DNA of 63,653 nt, filler included, from Parasitella parasitica NRRL 2501 (GCA_025201805.1; 8 parts of 8 records of this genome joined end to end with filler, not necessarily neighbours in it); one strand, 5' to 3'. Numbered from the whole stretch's first letter, positions 14,247 through 29,059 are shown. Made by a program: numbers and translations. Notes: a model not told the origin generated them from the letters alone.

Positions 14247-14727
14247 CAGTAGCCGCTCGATTTAAGGCTGTTCGATATAAGGCTATTCACGATATAAGGC
14301 TACAATTCTTTATGAATTTTTTTTTAAGCAGGGAGTTAGCCTTATTAGCCTTATTCGATATAAGGCTGAAAATTTTCGAAATTTTAGCCTTATTTTACAG
14401 TAAATTGACGGTATTTAAATTTGGGTTGTGTTGGAAACTGAGCATTATGCATACAGATTTCGTACTTTGGCTCGATAGTGAGACGCTCTCTTGATTGTTG
14501 ATTAATGCTCATAGTATAATTGTTTGCCAAAATATGCTTTTTTAAAAATAAAGAAGTAAATGGATTAGACTGGACGTGTGTCAAATTAATCTAATAGCTG
14601 TAGTACGGTATCAACTATACATGTGACTGTTTTAAAAGTAATAGTCACATGCACGATATAAGGCTATGTTCGATATAAGGCTAAAAAAAGCTTGCAAAAA
14701 AAGTAGCCTTAAATCGAGCGACTACTG
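14247..14727. mobile_element. 481-bp MITE (non-autonomous Tc1/mariner/pogo-type element)
   Basis: 23-bp TIRs CAGTAG(C/T)CGCTCGATTTAAGGCT with 1 mismatch, TA on both flanks (14245-46, 14728-29), repeated internal CGATATAAGGCT motifs, and a second copy at 56845. Confidence 0.9.
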
Positions 14728-16206
14728 TACATACCTCTATTTTTACGGGATGATCCATTTTTCAAGGGCTATGAGAATAAATAGTTGTTTTTTTTTTTGC
14801 CCAAAATTAAATGTCATTACTAAAGAGAAGTGGAATAGATTACCAATATGAAATATTGTTATCTTGATAATAGTAGATACACTTACAAAGATAAACAGGT
14901 AGCAGGAAAAAATGACATATATGTCAAAATAGCATGTTGTGCCACAAACAGGCCTAAAAAGGCACATATTTTTCAAGTAATTTGCCTTTTAGGATGTCGT
15001 ATGCGCAAGTAAACCGAATTCGAAAGAAAATATGTCATGGTCAAATCACTGTACTCCTTCCCCAACCGACAGATTTCTTTAGCCAAATAGAATTACTATT
15101 TGCTTGGAAGAAATCCTTAATTGATAGCATAAAAAATGCTTAAGGCCCCAAATGTATTCTTCTCAAGTAAAAGCAATGGATTAAAAAGCGTGTCTACCTT
15201 TGTACAAAGTTCTTGCTGTTTTCCTAATTTTTCTATTGTTGTTAAAATGTTTGACTATATTATTACGACTGTTACTAACTTGTCTATTGTCTTTTTTGTT
15301 GTGGCTATATAACACCGTATTATCTTTGATCTTCCTATTGTCCTTCTTTCGGTCTGATATTATTTTGGGGCTCTGCTATCGACTGGCATTTAAATCGATC
15401 AAGTGGACCAAGATCCAGAAAAGTATCCAATTCACGTCCAGAATGGAACCAGGGCGGGGGGAGCTTTTCCGCTCAATGTATTGAGGTTCGAGATCACTTT
15501 CGTTGATAGTATTAGTGGGAGGCTTACTGTGTTGATTGAAAATTGCAAGCATCTGACGAACAGTAGTATCTTTCCGGTTTCTTTTGGTAGATTAAACGAT
15601 GATTACATCTCTCGAGAATACATATTTCAAATACGGTATAAGTGAATCAAGCGCCATAGTGCCATGCTTGAAAAATGTTTTGTGCATATGCTCGAATAAA
15701 CAGCTCCTTAATATGTGAAACAGACGGTATTTGAGATTACTACGATCCTGCAAAAATTACCTATAATGCTGCAGTATATACACAAGGATCAAGGCCAGAG
15801 TTAGTGGTAAAAGCAGCCATCAGTGTAACAGAAGAACACGCCTTGCTGGCATCATGATGCCTGAGATGCTTAATATGCATAATATCTTGATTCCTGATTT
15901 CCGCATACACTATGCATTTACTATATATGGCTTAAACATTGACAATGTTTACAATAAACACCGTTTTGCGTGAGCTTTCAACTCTAATTGTGATGTGATC
16001 CTGAATCTACTATTACAACTACTTTAGATTTGAAAGGCAGATTCCACTATATACAGCATTTGTACCACTTGCAATATATCTTTTTCTCTCTCTGTTTTTT
16101 TTTTTTTTTTTTTTTTTTTTTCTCAAGAACACCCTCGTCTTCATCTCGGTTACATTTGGGCGGTTTTTAGCTTTTGACAAACGTTGAGCATCACATAAAC
16201 ATAAAG

Positions 16207-19114
16207 ATGGACTACTTTTCAAAGTTCAAGAAGCGTATGACGCCGCCAAAGGCCCCTCCCACAAGTGTCATGCAGCTCGCTAAATTCCACAAATGCTGGG
16301 ATTATGTTCACGTAAGTGTGTAAATCAGTAAATTCAGGGGAGGGCTCATGAAAAAAAAAAAAAAAAAAAAAAAAAAGTGAAGACCATGTTTCAGCGTGAT
16401 TGATTTGTTTTGGCTTCACACAGAACATATTTGTGATGGATGGCAGAAAGACTAATGTCCATGTCCAACAAACCGAGATCCCTTCAAAATTACGCCAGAT
16501 GGTGGATCTGCTTGTGGATGAAGAGGCCAGACAGGACGACAATACAACAGGTCTTTGCATGGAGTATTTTTTAAAGCACGGGATTCTGCAATTTCTCGTA
16601 ACGATGGCTGAAAAGGCAGATTACCCAGTGGGTATCCGTGGCGAGGCGATTCAAATGGTCAGCAACATGATAGAGCTGTTGGACGACAGATTTTTGGTCC
16701 ACAACGCAGTGCACAAGCCAACCATCAAGCTTTTGCGTTTTTGTGTGCTGGATGATAGACAAAGCGAGCTGTATAGCGACAGTTTGGTGGATTTGATGTA
16801 CACTATTTGCTCGAAAATCCATGGCTTTCCAGCACTGTTGAATATATTCTTTCATGATAAGCATTGGCTGACTACGCCGCAAAAGAGCACGTCTGCTGAA
16901 CAGCCTACCGCTATAGCCCAGTCTGCCAATGTCGATGGATCGCATGATTACGAATTTCTGTTGTTCACTTATCTATTACGTTTTGTGCATCGTGAGGGCA
17001 GATCAGGCGACTATGCACGTACAGGATTGCTGTTCCTGATGGAAATGGCAGACGATCCATTGGGGGATTTTATACTCGAATCAGACTTTGCAACAATCAT
17101 GGCGGCTGGACTCGGCGCATTGTACTCTCAGCTTCCCCGGAAGCTAGTTGTTCAAGAAGAGGCCGACCAGATCTACTCCAATGCAACCTCATATCTACTT
17201 GGACAGAGTAATCCGAAAGTAGGCACCCATAACATGCGATTTCCCATCGGATTAGGTGCAGAATACTCTAATTCGCCTGAATTCAAGTACCAATTGGACT
17301 CTTTCTTAAAACTGCTCGAGTTCTGCCAAGATGTACTTTTTCGCTGCCCGAGTGTAAATATCTGCAACTCCTTGTTGAGCAGCGTGCGCACGATATTCTT
17401 GGAGAATATCTTGTACCCTTCTATTCTAGAGTGTTCCGACGTCGATGGATCTTCAGTAGCTGTCATGAGCTACATTGATTTAATACTGCAAACTTTAGAG
17501 CATGACGAGTTATCAAAAGTTGTTGTCGGATATCTGATGGACGATGGCGATCAGTCCCCAAGCGCAGACACTAAAGAAAAGAGTGTCGTCAAGGACGCTA
17601 GCGTGTCGTTTATAGACTTCACGCTGAAAGACCTCATATTGAGTCGTCTGAAATCAACCTCACAAACTACGGTTATCGCGACATTGAAGCTTCTCAAGAC
17701 ATTGGTGACAAACCACTGTCAATACTCGCTTGGCTTGCTCTCCATCTCTCCTGATACCAGTAAAACCCCAACCATAGTATCGCATCATTTGCGTGAAGTG
17801 GAGCTCTATTTTTCACTTATTATTGCTATTGACGCCCTCCACGCAGAAGAAATTTTAGCTTGTGGTTATGAAGAATACCTGCGAGATGCAGAGGCCGCCT
17901 TGGACAATGACTGGTGCTACCAAAACTTGAAGCCAGCTGCAGAGGCAGCGAACGACGGACCGCAAGCTCTTAAAGCTAGGCGCAGACGAAGCTTCAAGTA
18001 TGGTCAGCATGGCGGTAAGGAAGAAGCACAGAAGAGAGCCAAGCCTTGCTTGCTTGCAAGACATCTTGTGCGATCTACAGACCCTCTCTTACAGATCTTG
18101 CTGGGCTTATTGAGCCATTTTTTCACGCAATCTTCAGAACTCAATTTAGCATTGACTGGCGTCATATCTGCACTAGCACTTTGCCCTTATCGAAGCCTTG
18201 AAGGATGGATTGCATTCAGCGAGAGCGATCGCACAAACCAAAATGATGTTTTGCTGTTGAACTCAAACGGCCAACCAGCAGTTGGTCAAACAAAGACACG
18301 TCGACAGGATGTCTATGTTGGCTACGAGAGCATGATCCCTGTGAACGACGATGACGACGAGGATGACCGCTCTATTGACTTTGGGGCCGAGAGAGAGTCC
18401 AACAAAAAGACAATGCCTACATACTTCAAGTCGTACCCGCCATTCTTTACATTGTTGCGTACATTGACGCAGCAGGTGGATTATTACAGGTCAGAAGTCC
18501 AATCCTTTGATAAGCTTTTAGAGGAACGTCGTAATGCCCTGATCAGTGGAGAAATCTCGTTTCTAGATAAACGAGCCGTATCACCATCCAGCAGCACATC
18601 TACGTCTACGAGCAGTTACAGAGCACATCAATTCAATGCCAGTAGTATTTTTGATAGAAGGCCTTCCATCTTGAGACCGTCCGTTTCAACAGACACTCGT
18701 ACGCCTATATTAAGCCCTTCTTCGTCGGCATCGACTGCCATGGGAAGCCCTCGTATTTCGTCACAGCCTCCGCCTATTCCTGCCGTCAATATGAATGTTG
18801 TTCTCAATAATCCCATGTCACCGCTGACTTTACACGTGAAAAAGACGTCTTTGACGCGCATTCAGCCTTTATTCCCTTCCAATTTTGTCAGCGATAGAGG
18901 GGAGCCTATCCTGGATTTAAGCGATGATGACGAGCACACGTTTGCGCCTAAAACAACTGATCCTTCGCAGCCAAAGCGCCTGGATAAAAGCACAGAGATC
19001 ACTCTCTCGATGCTACTGAACAATATCGTAATTCTGGAAGAAACAATCAAAGAGCTGGTTGCATTAATGCAGGTTAGATGTAGTTTGGGCATTGATGGGA
19101 TTGCGTATGTTTAA
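16207..19114 (+). CDS. FHIP/FAM160 (RAI16-like) FTS-Hook-interacting protein; exons 16207-16311, 16424-19114
   Basis: N-terminal MV.LL..EE....TG.CMEYFLKH.IL, FLLF.YLL.FVHREG..GD.AR.GLL and GLGALYSQLPRKL; C-terminal NIVILEE.IKELVA. The GT-AG intron is in frame. Confidence 0.85.
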
Positions 19115-19401
19115 ATGCTAATAAAAGCACCTTCATCCTGTCAAATAACGCGTAAAAACTCTGTTGTCACAAGTGCAACTCGAGATAAAGACTGTACAAC
19201 CATCAGAGTTTGTTGCCAATGCTGACGATTCATGCCACATCAAACACCCGCTTTGCATACGATGTGCATCAAAATACAGTACATGCTTTTTTCTCACACT
19301 CAAACGCACAGGTAGTGCTATTTAAAGCATAAACTAAGATTACTTTCCCTTTTCCTCTCTTTTTCTTTACACCACATTCTCATTTTGTACACTATATCAC
19401 C

Positions 19402-20614
19402 ATGACAGGACAAAGACTCTCTGGTAAAGTTGCTATCGTTACGGGTGCAGGAGGGTAAGTCCAAGTAGTTGCGCGTAACTAAAAGCTCAACACATGAATT
19501 TATGCAGTGGCATTGGCTTTGAAACTGCTGTATTATTTGCAAAGGAGGGTGCTAAAGTTGTTTGTGCCGATATAAACGAAAAAGGCATGCAAAACACTAT
19601 TGCCAATATTGCAAAGCTGGTAGGAAACGACGCATCAGCAATCGCAGTCAAGACAGATGTGTCTAAAGAGAGCGAGGTCAAGGCTTTAGTAGACAAGGCA
19701 GTGGAAAAATTTGGTAAAGTCTTTCTAATTTGTTTGTGCTTGAAGAGCTTTTACTCAACCATTTAAAAAAAATATTCAAGGTAAACTCGACATCATGTTC
19801 AACAATGCTGGTATCATGCATTCAGAGGATGACAATGCACTCAACACTGAAGAGCGTGTTTGGTACGTAACATTAGGATGTCCTGAGGGCTATACTTACT
19901 CTTAACGATTAGGGATTTAACCATGGACATCAATGTTAAGGGTGTTTGGTTTGGTTGCAAGTATGCTATCATTGCTATGCGCAAAAGTGGGGGAGGTTCC
20001 ATCATCAACACGGCTAGTTTCGTCGCCTTGATGGGTGCTGCTACTCCTCAATTAGCATGTAAGTGTTTCATCCTCGAAATTTCCTTGGTGTATTCTAAAG
20101 AATTTTTTTTTTTGGAACAGATACGGCATCCAAGGGCGCTGTGTTAGCCATGACGTTAGTTTCAAAGCAGCTGTTGTCTAGAGATACATTGTGAAATTAA
20201 CAGAATTTGTGATTTACTATATAGTCGAGAACTTGCTATGGTTCATGCCCGTGAGAATATTCGGTTCAATTCACTCTGCCCAGGTCCTATCCGTACTCCT
20301 TTGTTGATGGATTTCTTAAATACAGAAGAAAAGAAGCAACGCCGTCTTGTTCATGTGCCTCAAGGGAGATTCGGTGAAGCCATTGAGCAAGCCTACGGCG
20401 CCCTCTTTTTAGCTTCTGATGAGAGTTCCTTTGTTACAGGAACCGACTTCCGAGTAGATGGCGGACTATCCAATGCCTATGTTGTAAGTGCGGCTTCTGA
20501 TTACAATGATCCACAATGACTAACATTTATGCAATTTGTCATCCAATTCCTTTTTAGACACCTGAAGGCCCGCCTACTGGCACTGTCCCTACAAATTTCG
20601 CGGATATTCAATAG
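19402..20614 (+). CDS. Short-chain dehydrogenase/reductase (multi-exon)
   Basis: KVAIVTGAGGGIG NAD-binding motif across an intron, MFNNAGI, GSIINTAS, catalytic Y.ASKG, NSLCPGP and ASDESSFVTG. Confidence 0.9.
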
Positions 20615-20703
20615 TAAAAATATTTTCTACATCTCAAATGTGCTTTGAAGGGTTCAACTAGATCTCTTTTCCTTTGCTAGCTTTTTTGTTATCAAATAAA
20701 TAA

Positions 20704-22037
20704 ATGAACACCAAAATCGTTAAAGAACAAGAAATCGAATTTATAAACATTACCTGCGAGGATGTGAACAGCTGCTCTTTTACGTCGTGGTACCCTAAAT
20801 TCAAATCACACACTTTCAAGTCGAAAGTTTTGCCCTTAAGTCAAGAGTTTGTGGATTATCTAAACGCTGAAAGCATCTATCTGCCAGAAGATGGGTGAGA
20901 CATACATACTATGCGAACCAATGATGCACGAGACTTACAATGTACATTGTAGACAGCCTGTAGCTGCTAGCATTGAAGAGCTCGACTCTGATGAAGAAAC
21001 GACCGAGTTTCCTAATGCAAATGATGACAGCAAGGTACAGAAACAAAAAGCGCCACCGCTTGATTTCGTCATGATTAATTGAAAAAAGTCATTCTACCTT
21101 AGATACCAAACTTTCCGGACGTTGAGAGAGAGATAAGAGAAGCCATATACGAATACGGAGGAGCAGTGTTCCCCAAGCTGAATTGGACATCGCCCAGGGA
21201 TGCAGCATGGATTTCTGCTACGCAGTCTCTGAAATGCACATCGCCATTTGATGTTTTCCTTTTACTAAAGTCGTCAGACTTTATCAACCACGATTTGAAT
21301 CATGCGTATGAGCAGTGCGTAGATGCACAAGACAAACAAGACGAAAAAGTCCAGTTCAATCTTGTGCTGCGAAAGTGGTATGATCTGCAGCCGTCCATGG
21401 AGTTTCGATGCTTTGTAAAAAGCAGGGAAATCATTGGCATCAGTCAAAGAGACATGAATTTCTACCCCTTTCTCTTGGAGTCGCAGCAAGACATTGAGCA
21501 GTCAATTTATGAGTTTTTTGAAGACGTTATCCACAAAGTATTCGAGGGCGCAAACTGTAAATCAAATACATCCGTTTATCTGTCTAGTTGTGATGGCTGA
21601 TGATTTGTGCATGTGTTTTTTTTTATAGATGTGTTTGACGTCTACATCCAGCGTAGTAATAGCAAGGTCTATCTCGTCGATTTCAACCCCTTTAGCCCCA
21701 CAACAGATGCTTTATTATACAATTGGAACGAATTAATGTCTTGTAAGTGAACTTTATGCATGAGATTCACCCAAATTTATCTTTCCCCCCCCCCTCTCTC
21801 TGACTAGTGGATGTGGATAGCGACCAGCCTCAAATAAGACTCGTCGAATCGCAAGCCGAGGCAAATTCATTAGCTTGCAATGCGCCTAAATTTGCGACCA
21901 GTATGATCCCCAAGGACGTTATTGATTTATCCTCAGGCAAATCGATTGCCGAGTTTGCAGAGGAGTTTGAGAGAGCAATGAAAAAGACAGAAAACGGGGG
22001 ATACAGTGACACGGACAGTAGCAGTGATGACGAATAA
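20704..22037 (+). CDS. CDC123: Cell division cycle protein 123 (D123; eIF2 assembly factor), multi-exon
   Basis: CSFTSWYPKF, VFPKLNWTSPRDAAWI, LLLKSSDF, LVLRKW, MEFRCFV, ISQRD and LVDFNPF motifs. Confidence 0.92.
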
Positions 22038-22286
22038 ACTTGCCTTGTATTTCACAAAACTTGAGCCGTACAAAACATTTTCAGCATTCTAAATGTACAC
22101 ATTTTAGTGTCGTTAATGCTCGGCTTTTCGATGCTTTTGTTATTTGGCGGCTTGTGAGTATATTTTTTGCAAAAGAAATCCACCTGATTTGTGTGACAAA
22201 ATAGGAGTTGGTCTCTTTTTTTTTTCTTTTCCTTTTTTCTTCCTTTGCTTTATCTTTTTTTTTTATTATAAAATATAACAAACACA

Positions 22287-23305
<1,019 letters not shown>

Positions 23306-23461
23306 ATACATAATGCAGAACGAAGCATTGGCTTATGAGTCACATTGAAATGGCGCACTAAGCAAGTCTCTTTAATAAACCGCCCTTCCCTTCTTTCATA
23401 CTTTCTTTTTTCTTTTTGTTATTCGTTCTCACAAACTTGGTATTGAAAGAAAAAAAAAACA

Positions 23462-25025
23462 ATGTCATTTGAGCAGAATCAGGATGAAATTGAATCTGGT
23501 CAAGTCGACTCGCATATACCAGATGTGTCTGCACTGGATATACCTGAGAAACTAGAGGAGGCAATAGCAGAAGATGCCAGCGCAGACCTGGACACTTTGC
23601 CGACAAATTTAGATAACGTAGAGCAATTGAGTCAAGAAAATTTACAAGAGGAGCCCTCACAAACTGACGATCAAGAATTTGATGATTTTGGCGATTTTAA
23701 TGATGACGACGATGATTTTGGGGATTTTGATGACTTTGAGGCAGCCAAAGAGGAAGTGGAGCCAGTAGCAGAGGAACCCAAGACGCCAACAGGAGCCGAA
23801 CGTTATGTAAGTTATTTGAAAAAGATGCGCCTTCTAGTCTTTTTTTTATTTTTTATTTACTCGATATATCATGTAGGTGGACGTATTAGAAAATAGACCT
23901 GAAGATGTTCGTCAGTTTATAGATGTATACTTGGATCAGATGTGGGGACACGGATTAAATGGAAGCATGGAGCAGGAAGACGAGCAAGTGTTCGTATCGT
24001 CACCCTTGGATCAAGACGAGAATATTACAGACATACTAAATACGCCTTGCAGGTAAACGCAGAAGAACAGAGTGTTTTTAATCATAAAGACAGAAACTTA
24101 CACTTTGTGTAAATACTGTAGCCGTGATTTATGGAGCAAACTTTCGCGTGATACAGTCTTCTACAATCCAGTTACAGGCTCAGTTGGCCAGTTTCAATGG
24201 ACAAGATCAGAAACAAACAAAGCCTATCTAAATGCTCTGGGAGTAACGTTCAATTTTGAAGAGAAATCGCCCGCAGCCATCCACTCACCTACAGGAATTA
24301 CACCTACTTTGCATTCAAACAAAAGAAGACAGACAGCAATGGCCGACGGAAAGCGATTATCAGCGACAGGCTCCTCAGGATCGCTGCCCTCCTCGCCGGA
24401 TGCCTCATTGACACACACAAGGTCTGCATCGGCCACCGGCGGATTACGAGTAATGACAACCAAGATGGACGAAGGGGCCAAGGAAGCCAAAAAAGAGGCA
24501 GAGCAAGAAATGGAGTTAGACATTGACATTGCAAGAGCCTACTGTGAATTAACTGAAGGTAGTTTACTGTTGTCGTTCGTATCGTGGTTTTCGTAACTAA
24601 TGTGCCGCACTGTAGAAACAATTCGAGTGTTTCCCGATGTAAAATTAAATGCTATGGTGGTTGAGCTTAGCCGGCTTCAGAGACAGGCGGCCGATTATTT
24701 AGATACATTACTGGATCAGCGTGAACAGCTGAAAATGGATGCAGAGACATACAACGATTTGATCAGTTGCATTGTGGGCCATGCGCAGCGTTTGCATGTA
24801 CAAACCAAAGATGCTAGTCCGGCAATGGTGTCTAAAAAGAAGAAGGGAAGTGGTACGTTTTCCAATCTAATGCGTCGAAAAAACACAGCTGGCAATCCTC
24901 AACAGAGTGTTTCTATGGGTGGTGGCGTGGTGGGTGTCAAACAGCAAGCGCCGGCACCTAAAAAGACCGTTTCAACCGCTTCACATGTACCTACTATGAA
25001 TGATAATAGCAGACGGTCCATGTAA
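23462..25025 (+). CDS. Acidic FGDF-motif protein (possible AP-1/GGA accessory, Laa2-like), multi-exon
   Basis: Repeated DDFGDF motifs in exon 1 and a coiled-coil C-terminal exon, with GT-AG introns. The family assignment is inference. Confidence 0.6.
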
Positions 25026-25475
25026 TAGGTTCTCTGTTGTATAAATTTCATCTATACATATATACATATATTACCTTAATTCTGTGATGTAACGAGCCAT
25101 TTTCTCGTCATTTCTCTTAATCAAATACAATACCAAATATAATTCGATTTTACTGAAAATTAATACAGCCCTCTCGTCGATGAGCAATTCATTGAGCACG
25201 TGGTATATTTCAATAATTGCATAAAATGGCAAACAGAGCACCTTCCTTTAATATAAGAGATGAAATGTATACGCCATCTCAATGGCCAGGTTTGACAAGA
25301 TTACCTTAAACTTTTTACCCTGCTCTCCGAAAAATAAATTGCATACTTCCAGAATTTATTTTTTGTTCAATAGAGACCTTGCTAGGTTATCTCTTATATT
25401 AAAATGATAGAAATCGTAAAAAACAGTCCTCAGCGCTTAAAATTGAATCGTAAAAAACAGTCCTCAGCGCTTAAA

Positions 25476-25575
25476 NNNNNNNNNNNNNNNNNNNNNNNNN
25501 NNNNNNNNNNNNNNNNNNNTTAATTAATTAANNNNNNNNNNNNNNNNNNNNNNNNNNNNNNNNNNNNNNNNNNNN
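25476..25575. other. Artificial gap linker (N44-TTAATTAATTAA-N44); also at 48823, 50750, 54355, 57155, 59345 and 61689
   Basis: An identical 100-bp spacer containing a six-frame stop cassette occurs at seven positions. Confidence 0.95.
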
Positions 25576-28299
25576 GTTTATTTTAGATATCACTTTGCAA
25601 GATAAAATTGACAAGGAAATCTCGGAAAGTAATGTTCAATTTGAAAACAAATTGCAGCTGGTTGAATATCGACACATGGTTTTATTGTCTTTACTGAATC
25701 ATAGTCAAGAAGAAGAAGCAGTAATTGTATACAATAACGTTACAACAACTTCCAAGGAAGCTTTGTCATATTCAAGGCCCAATTTCTACAAAGTGCTTAT
25801 GGACCTCATCATTCAAAAACAGCTACCGATGAGCTTCGTGGATAACAACAAACCGCTACAGGATCTCTTGGATTTTTGCTTGTCGAATGAAAGCCCTGAG
25901 ATGAAAAATGTGATCAAATTACCCGTGAGAAATACTATCAGAAATCAAATCTTAGACTATTTTGATGTGATGAAACGAAAAGCATAACTGATGAGCTTAT
26001 AGCCCAAGACTGCATCGCTCTGACAACAGATCTCTGGACATCATCAACAGGTAAAGCAATCTGCATATCAGCCATATTCTATTGGCTGGTTACTCAATTG
26101 ATTGATTAATTATTAGGGCAAAGTTTCATTGGCTTGACCAGTCATTTTATATCAAAAGAAACATGGAAACCAAGACAGATCACCATAGGCCTAATTCATT
26201 TCTATGGATCAACACATTCTGGTATGCAGGAATACGACGTTTGCTTGTTTTTTGCAAGTGATACTGATTTACATATATCAATTTTTAAGGTGACGATCAG
26301 GCAACAAAAATCTTTGAGGTGTTACAATCGTATGATCCAAGCATGCTTTCGAAAGTCTTTGCCGTAACCTGCGATAATGCCAGTAGCAACACAAAGCTTG
26401 CCGAAAAACTCGAGCGTCTAATGAGAAGCTCCTACGAGAACATCAAGTTTGTTGCTTCAAATCAAAGAATTCCTTGTATGAGCCATGTAGTAAATTTGGT
26501 GACTCAAGACTTATTAAAACAGTGCACCTCGGCATCATCAACACCCCCCTCAGCACCAACATCCTCCTCTACAACACCAAATATTCTATACAAGCTCAGA
26601 GAAGGATGTAAGAAGATAAAGCATGTAAACAAATTGAAGCATGCATTTAACGAATACCAAGTTAACTACAGCAATGCCACTCATGACATATAGTTGTAGA
26701 TTGTCCTACCCGATGGGGATCCACGCATCAAATGATACGGCGATTTTTGAAAGTGAAGGCAGCTTATAACGTTGCGGTTATGCAAGAAAAGGACACGAAA
26801 CAATTTTTCATCGAAGAAGAAGATGTAAAATATTTGCAAGCTCTTGATGAGCTTTTATTAAAATTCCATATTTCAACTAATTGGTTGTTGAGCTCGCAAT
26901 CGTAAGTTATAATCAGATTCATCAGTACATGGACAATTGCCTTGAAATCTAACATTTCATTTAAAGCCATACTACTTTTAACAGAACTATCCCGTTGTAC
27001 AATTGTTTGTACGATCTCATTACTGGTTTCCTGAGTAAAAATCAAGCTCATCCAGGTTTAGTGCTTGCTGGTAACGCTGCATTGGAAAAGTTGAGAAAGT
27101 ATTACGCGAAAACAGATGAATCAGATGTCTATTGTGTTTCAACTATGATTGACCCCATGCTGAAGTTTGGGTACTGGAGGGAAGAGGAGTTGGAAGACGA
27201 GATCATTGTGGAACAAGAGTTGAAGTGTCGCTCTGCTTTTAGTGGATTTTTAAAGGAAAAATTCAAGGCTATCTCTGAGGTGGTTGCTACAGCAGCCACA
27301 GCAGCAACAACAACATCAGCAGCAAATAAATCAGCAATAACATCGGTAGCAACAACAGCATTTGAAAACGATGATGATGAAGAAGGAGCAGTGGCCATGA
27401 TCTCAAAACAAACAGAAAAAGAAAGCAGACAGTGGCTCGTCAGCAACAAGTCAAAGCACAAAAGCGCCAAATGTTTACCGAGGAAGTATTCATCAACAGA
27501 CACAAATTAGAATTGGAACAGTTTGTGAGCGAAGAGTTAGAGGAATTTATTAGCATCAGCTATAGACCTAGTTGCGACACTATTGACGTTGTGCGTGATA
27601 GTGAGGACAATGACGACAGAGTTTTTTTTGGTTTCGACCAACACTTTGACCGCTACGGGGATGGCTCTTTGCTCGAAGGTTATGAATATGCTATAGGCGC
27701 ATTAGTTTATTGGAAGAACAACAAGAAGAGGTGGCCGCTGTTGGCGGAATTTGCAAGAAGATATCTTGCAATTCCTTCATCAAGTAGTGTGCCATCCGAA
27801 AGGTTGTTTAGTGTAGCGAAATTCAACATCAACAATAGTCGATCCAGATTGTTACCCGATTTTGGAGAGAAACTGGTGTTGCTAAAGATGTGGAGTAGAG
27901 AGTTGTAAATGTTTTTTTTTATTTTGTTTGTTTATATTGTATTAAGTTTCAATTGTTTGTGGTGTTTTCAAGTTTGTTGATGCACCTGTATCATTTTGAC
28001 CAGATACAGTGTACCGTGATCACCAATATCAATGCGAGACTTACCAAGAATTGTTCGAGTTATCTCAAGATATATGCGAGATGTTTCGAGATTTATTCGA
28101 GATTTATGCAAATTACGAGACAGATACCAAGATTCTGCGAGGCAGTATCGAGATTCATCGAGATCGTACCGAGATTCATCGAGACTTCACCGAGACTTAT
28201 CGAGACTTCGCCGAGACTTATCGAGCCAAGCCCTACCTTCAAGCGAGCCTGATCGAGACGTCTCGAATCTCGACTCGACTTGGCTTGATGCCATACCTA
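25576..28299 (+). mobile_element. hAT transposon (transposase pseudogene with introns and frameshifts) and its right end
   Basis: ALTTDLWTS, VTCDNASSN, IPCMSHVVNL (CxxH), DCPTRWGST and dimerisation domain WPLLAEFARRYLAIPSSS.PSERLFS. CGAGAY subterminal repeat array at ~28030-28280; terminus reads TAGGTATGGCA on the minus strand at 28299. Confidence 0.9.
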
Positions 28300-28330
28300 C
28301 TTGACAGGGTACGATATGAGGTTATACAGC

Positions 28331-29059
28331 AAGGGCTACACGTCTTTGATCGGACAGTGCCTTAACCTTTATCCTGGTGCTCAGATCTGTGCTACTTACA
28401 GGAATAACCATCTTTTGATTTGAAACAGAGACTTTATTCTCCAATTTACACAAGCGTATCACATCACATCATTGGACAATCTTCAATCTTCAATTGAAGT
28501 ACATTGCCATGATCTTTTGTCTATAATTGTGGCAGATCAAATGCATAAAAGAATTGGAATTAGTTTCATAGTTGGGCATAATGCTGTATCCATAGAATAC
28601 CATGGTTACCACTATTTCAACTCAGTTGTCATGGCAACCGTTCCTGATCGGATCTAAGGTTAAATGGCATCGATTATTCTATCTAGTAAATAGGAGTATT
28701 GAATAGAATGTCTTGTATAAGAAACCATCTATTTGGGTTCTACTTATTCTGAACTGCGAAGCTCAACTTATCGATGAATGATTCACGTTCATAACGATTT
28801 AGCTGATTAAATATGGAAGTAGGTCTTGCTCTGACTACTACTGTGTTATAATCTTGTTTGACATTTAATTGTCAAACATGACCTGATTGTAATTTATAGA
28901 ATGATTCAGATAGATTTATTCTAATATAATTAGACCGCTTCTTGTCGATCAATAAATCAATAGTTTTGTATCTGGTAAATTAAGTCTCTATTACTTCCTT
29001 ATATTTTTTATATTATATACAATCACCTGCTGTGCTCCATTTCAAGACCTGGCACAACA
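28331..29059 (+). mobile_element. LTR (family A) ending ...GGCACAACA
   Basis: Segments recur, mostly inverted, at ~31800-31953, 57255-57385, 59515-59675, 60110-60416 and 63300-63422. It ends in CA and is followed by Gypsy pol remnants. Confidence 0.65.

Noticed and set aside
14234-14494. 86-aa ORF duplicated at 56718-57092
   Set aside because: Incidental reading frame through the MITE, with no transposase motifs.
25412-25475. 30-bp direct duplication AATCGTAAAAAACAGTCCTCAGCGCTTAAA
   Set aside because: Sits at a contig end and has only two units, so it is likely an assembly artefact.
25520-25531. TTAATTAATTAA palindrome recurring within N runs
   Set aside because: Artificial six-frame-stop linker, not biological. 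Adjacency across these gaps is unproven.
27953-28365. Three overlapping repetitive ORFs; CRISPR-like appearance
   Set aside because: Produced by the hAT subterminal repeat array. There are no unique spacers and the context is eukaryotic.
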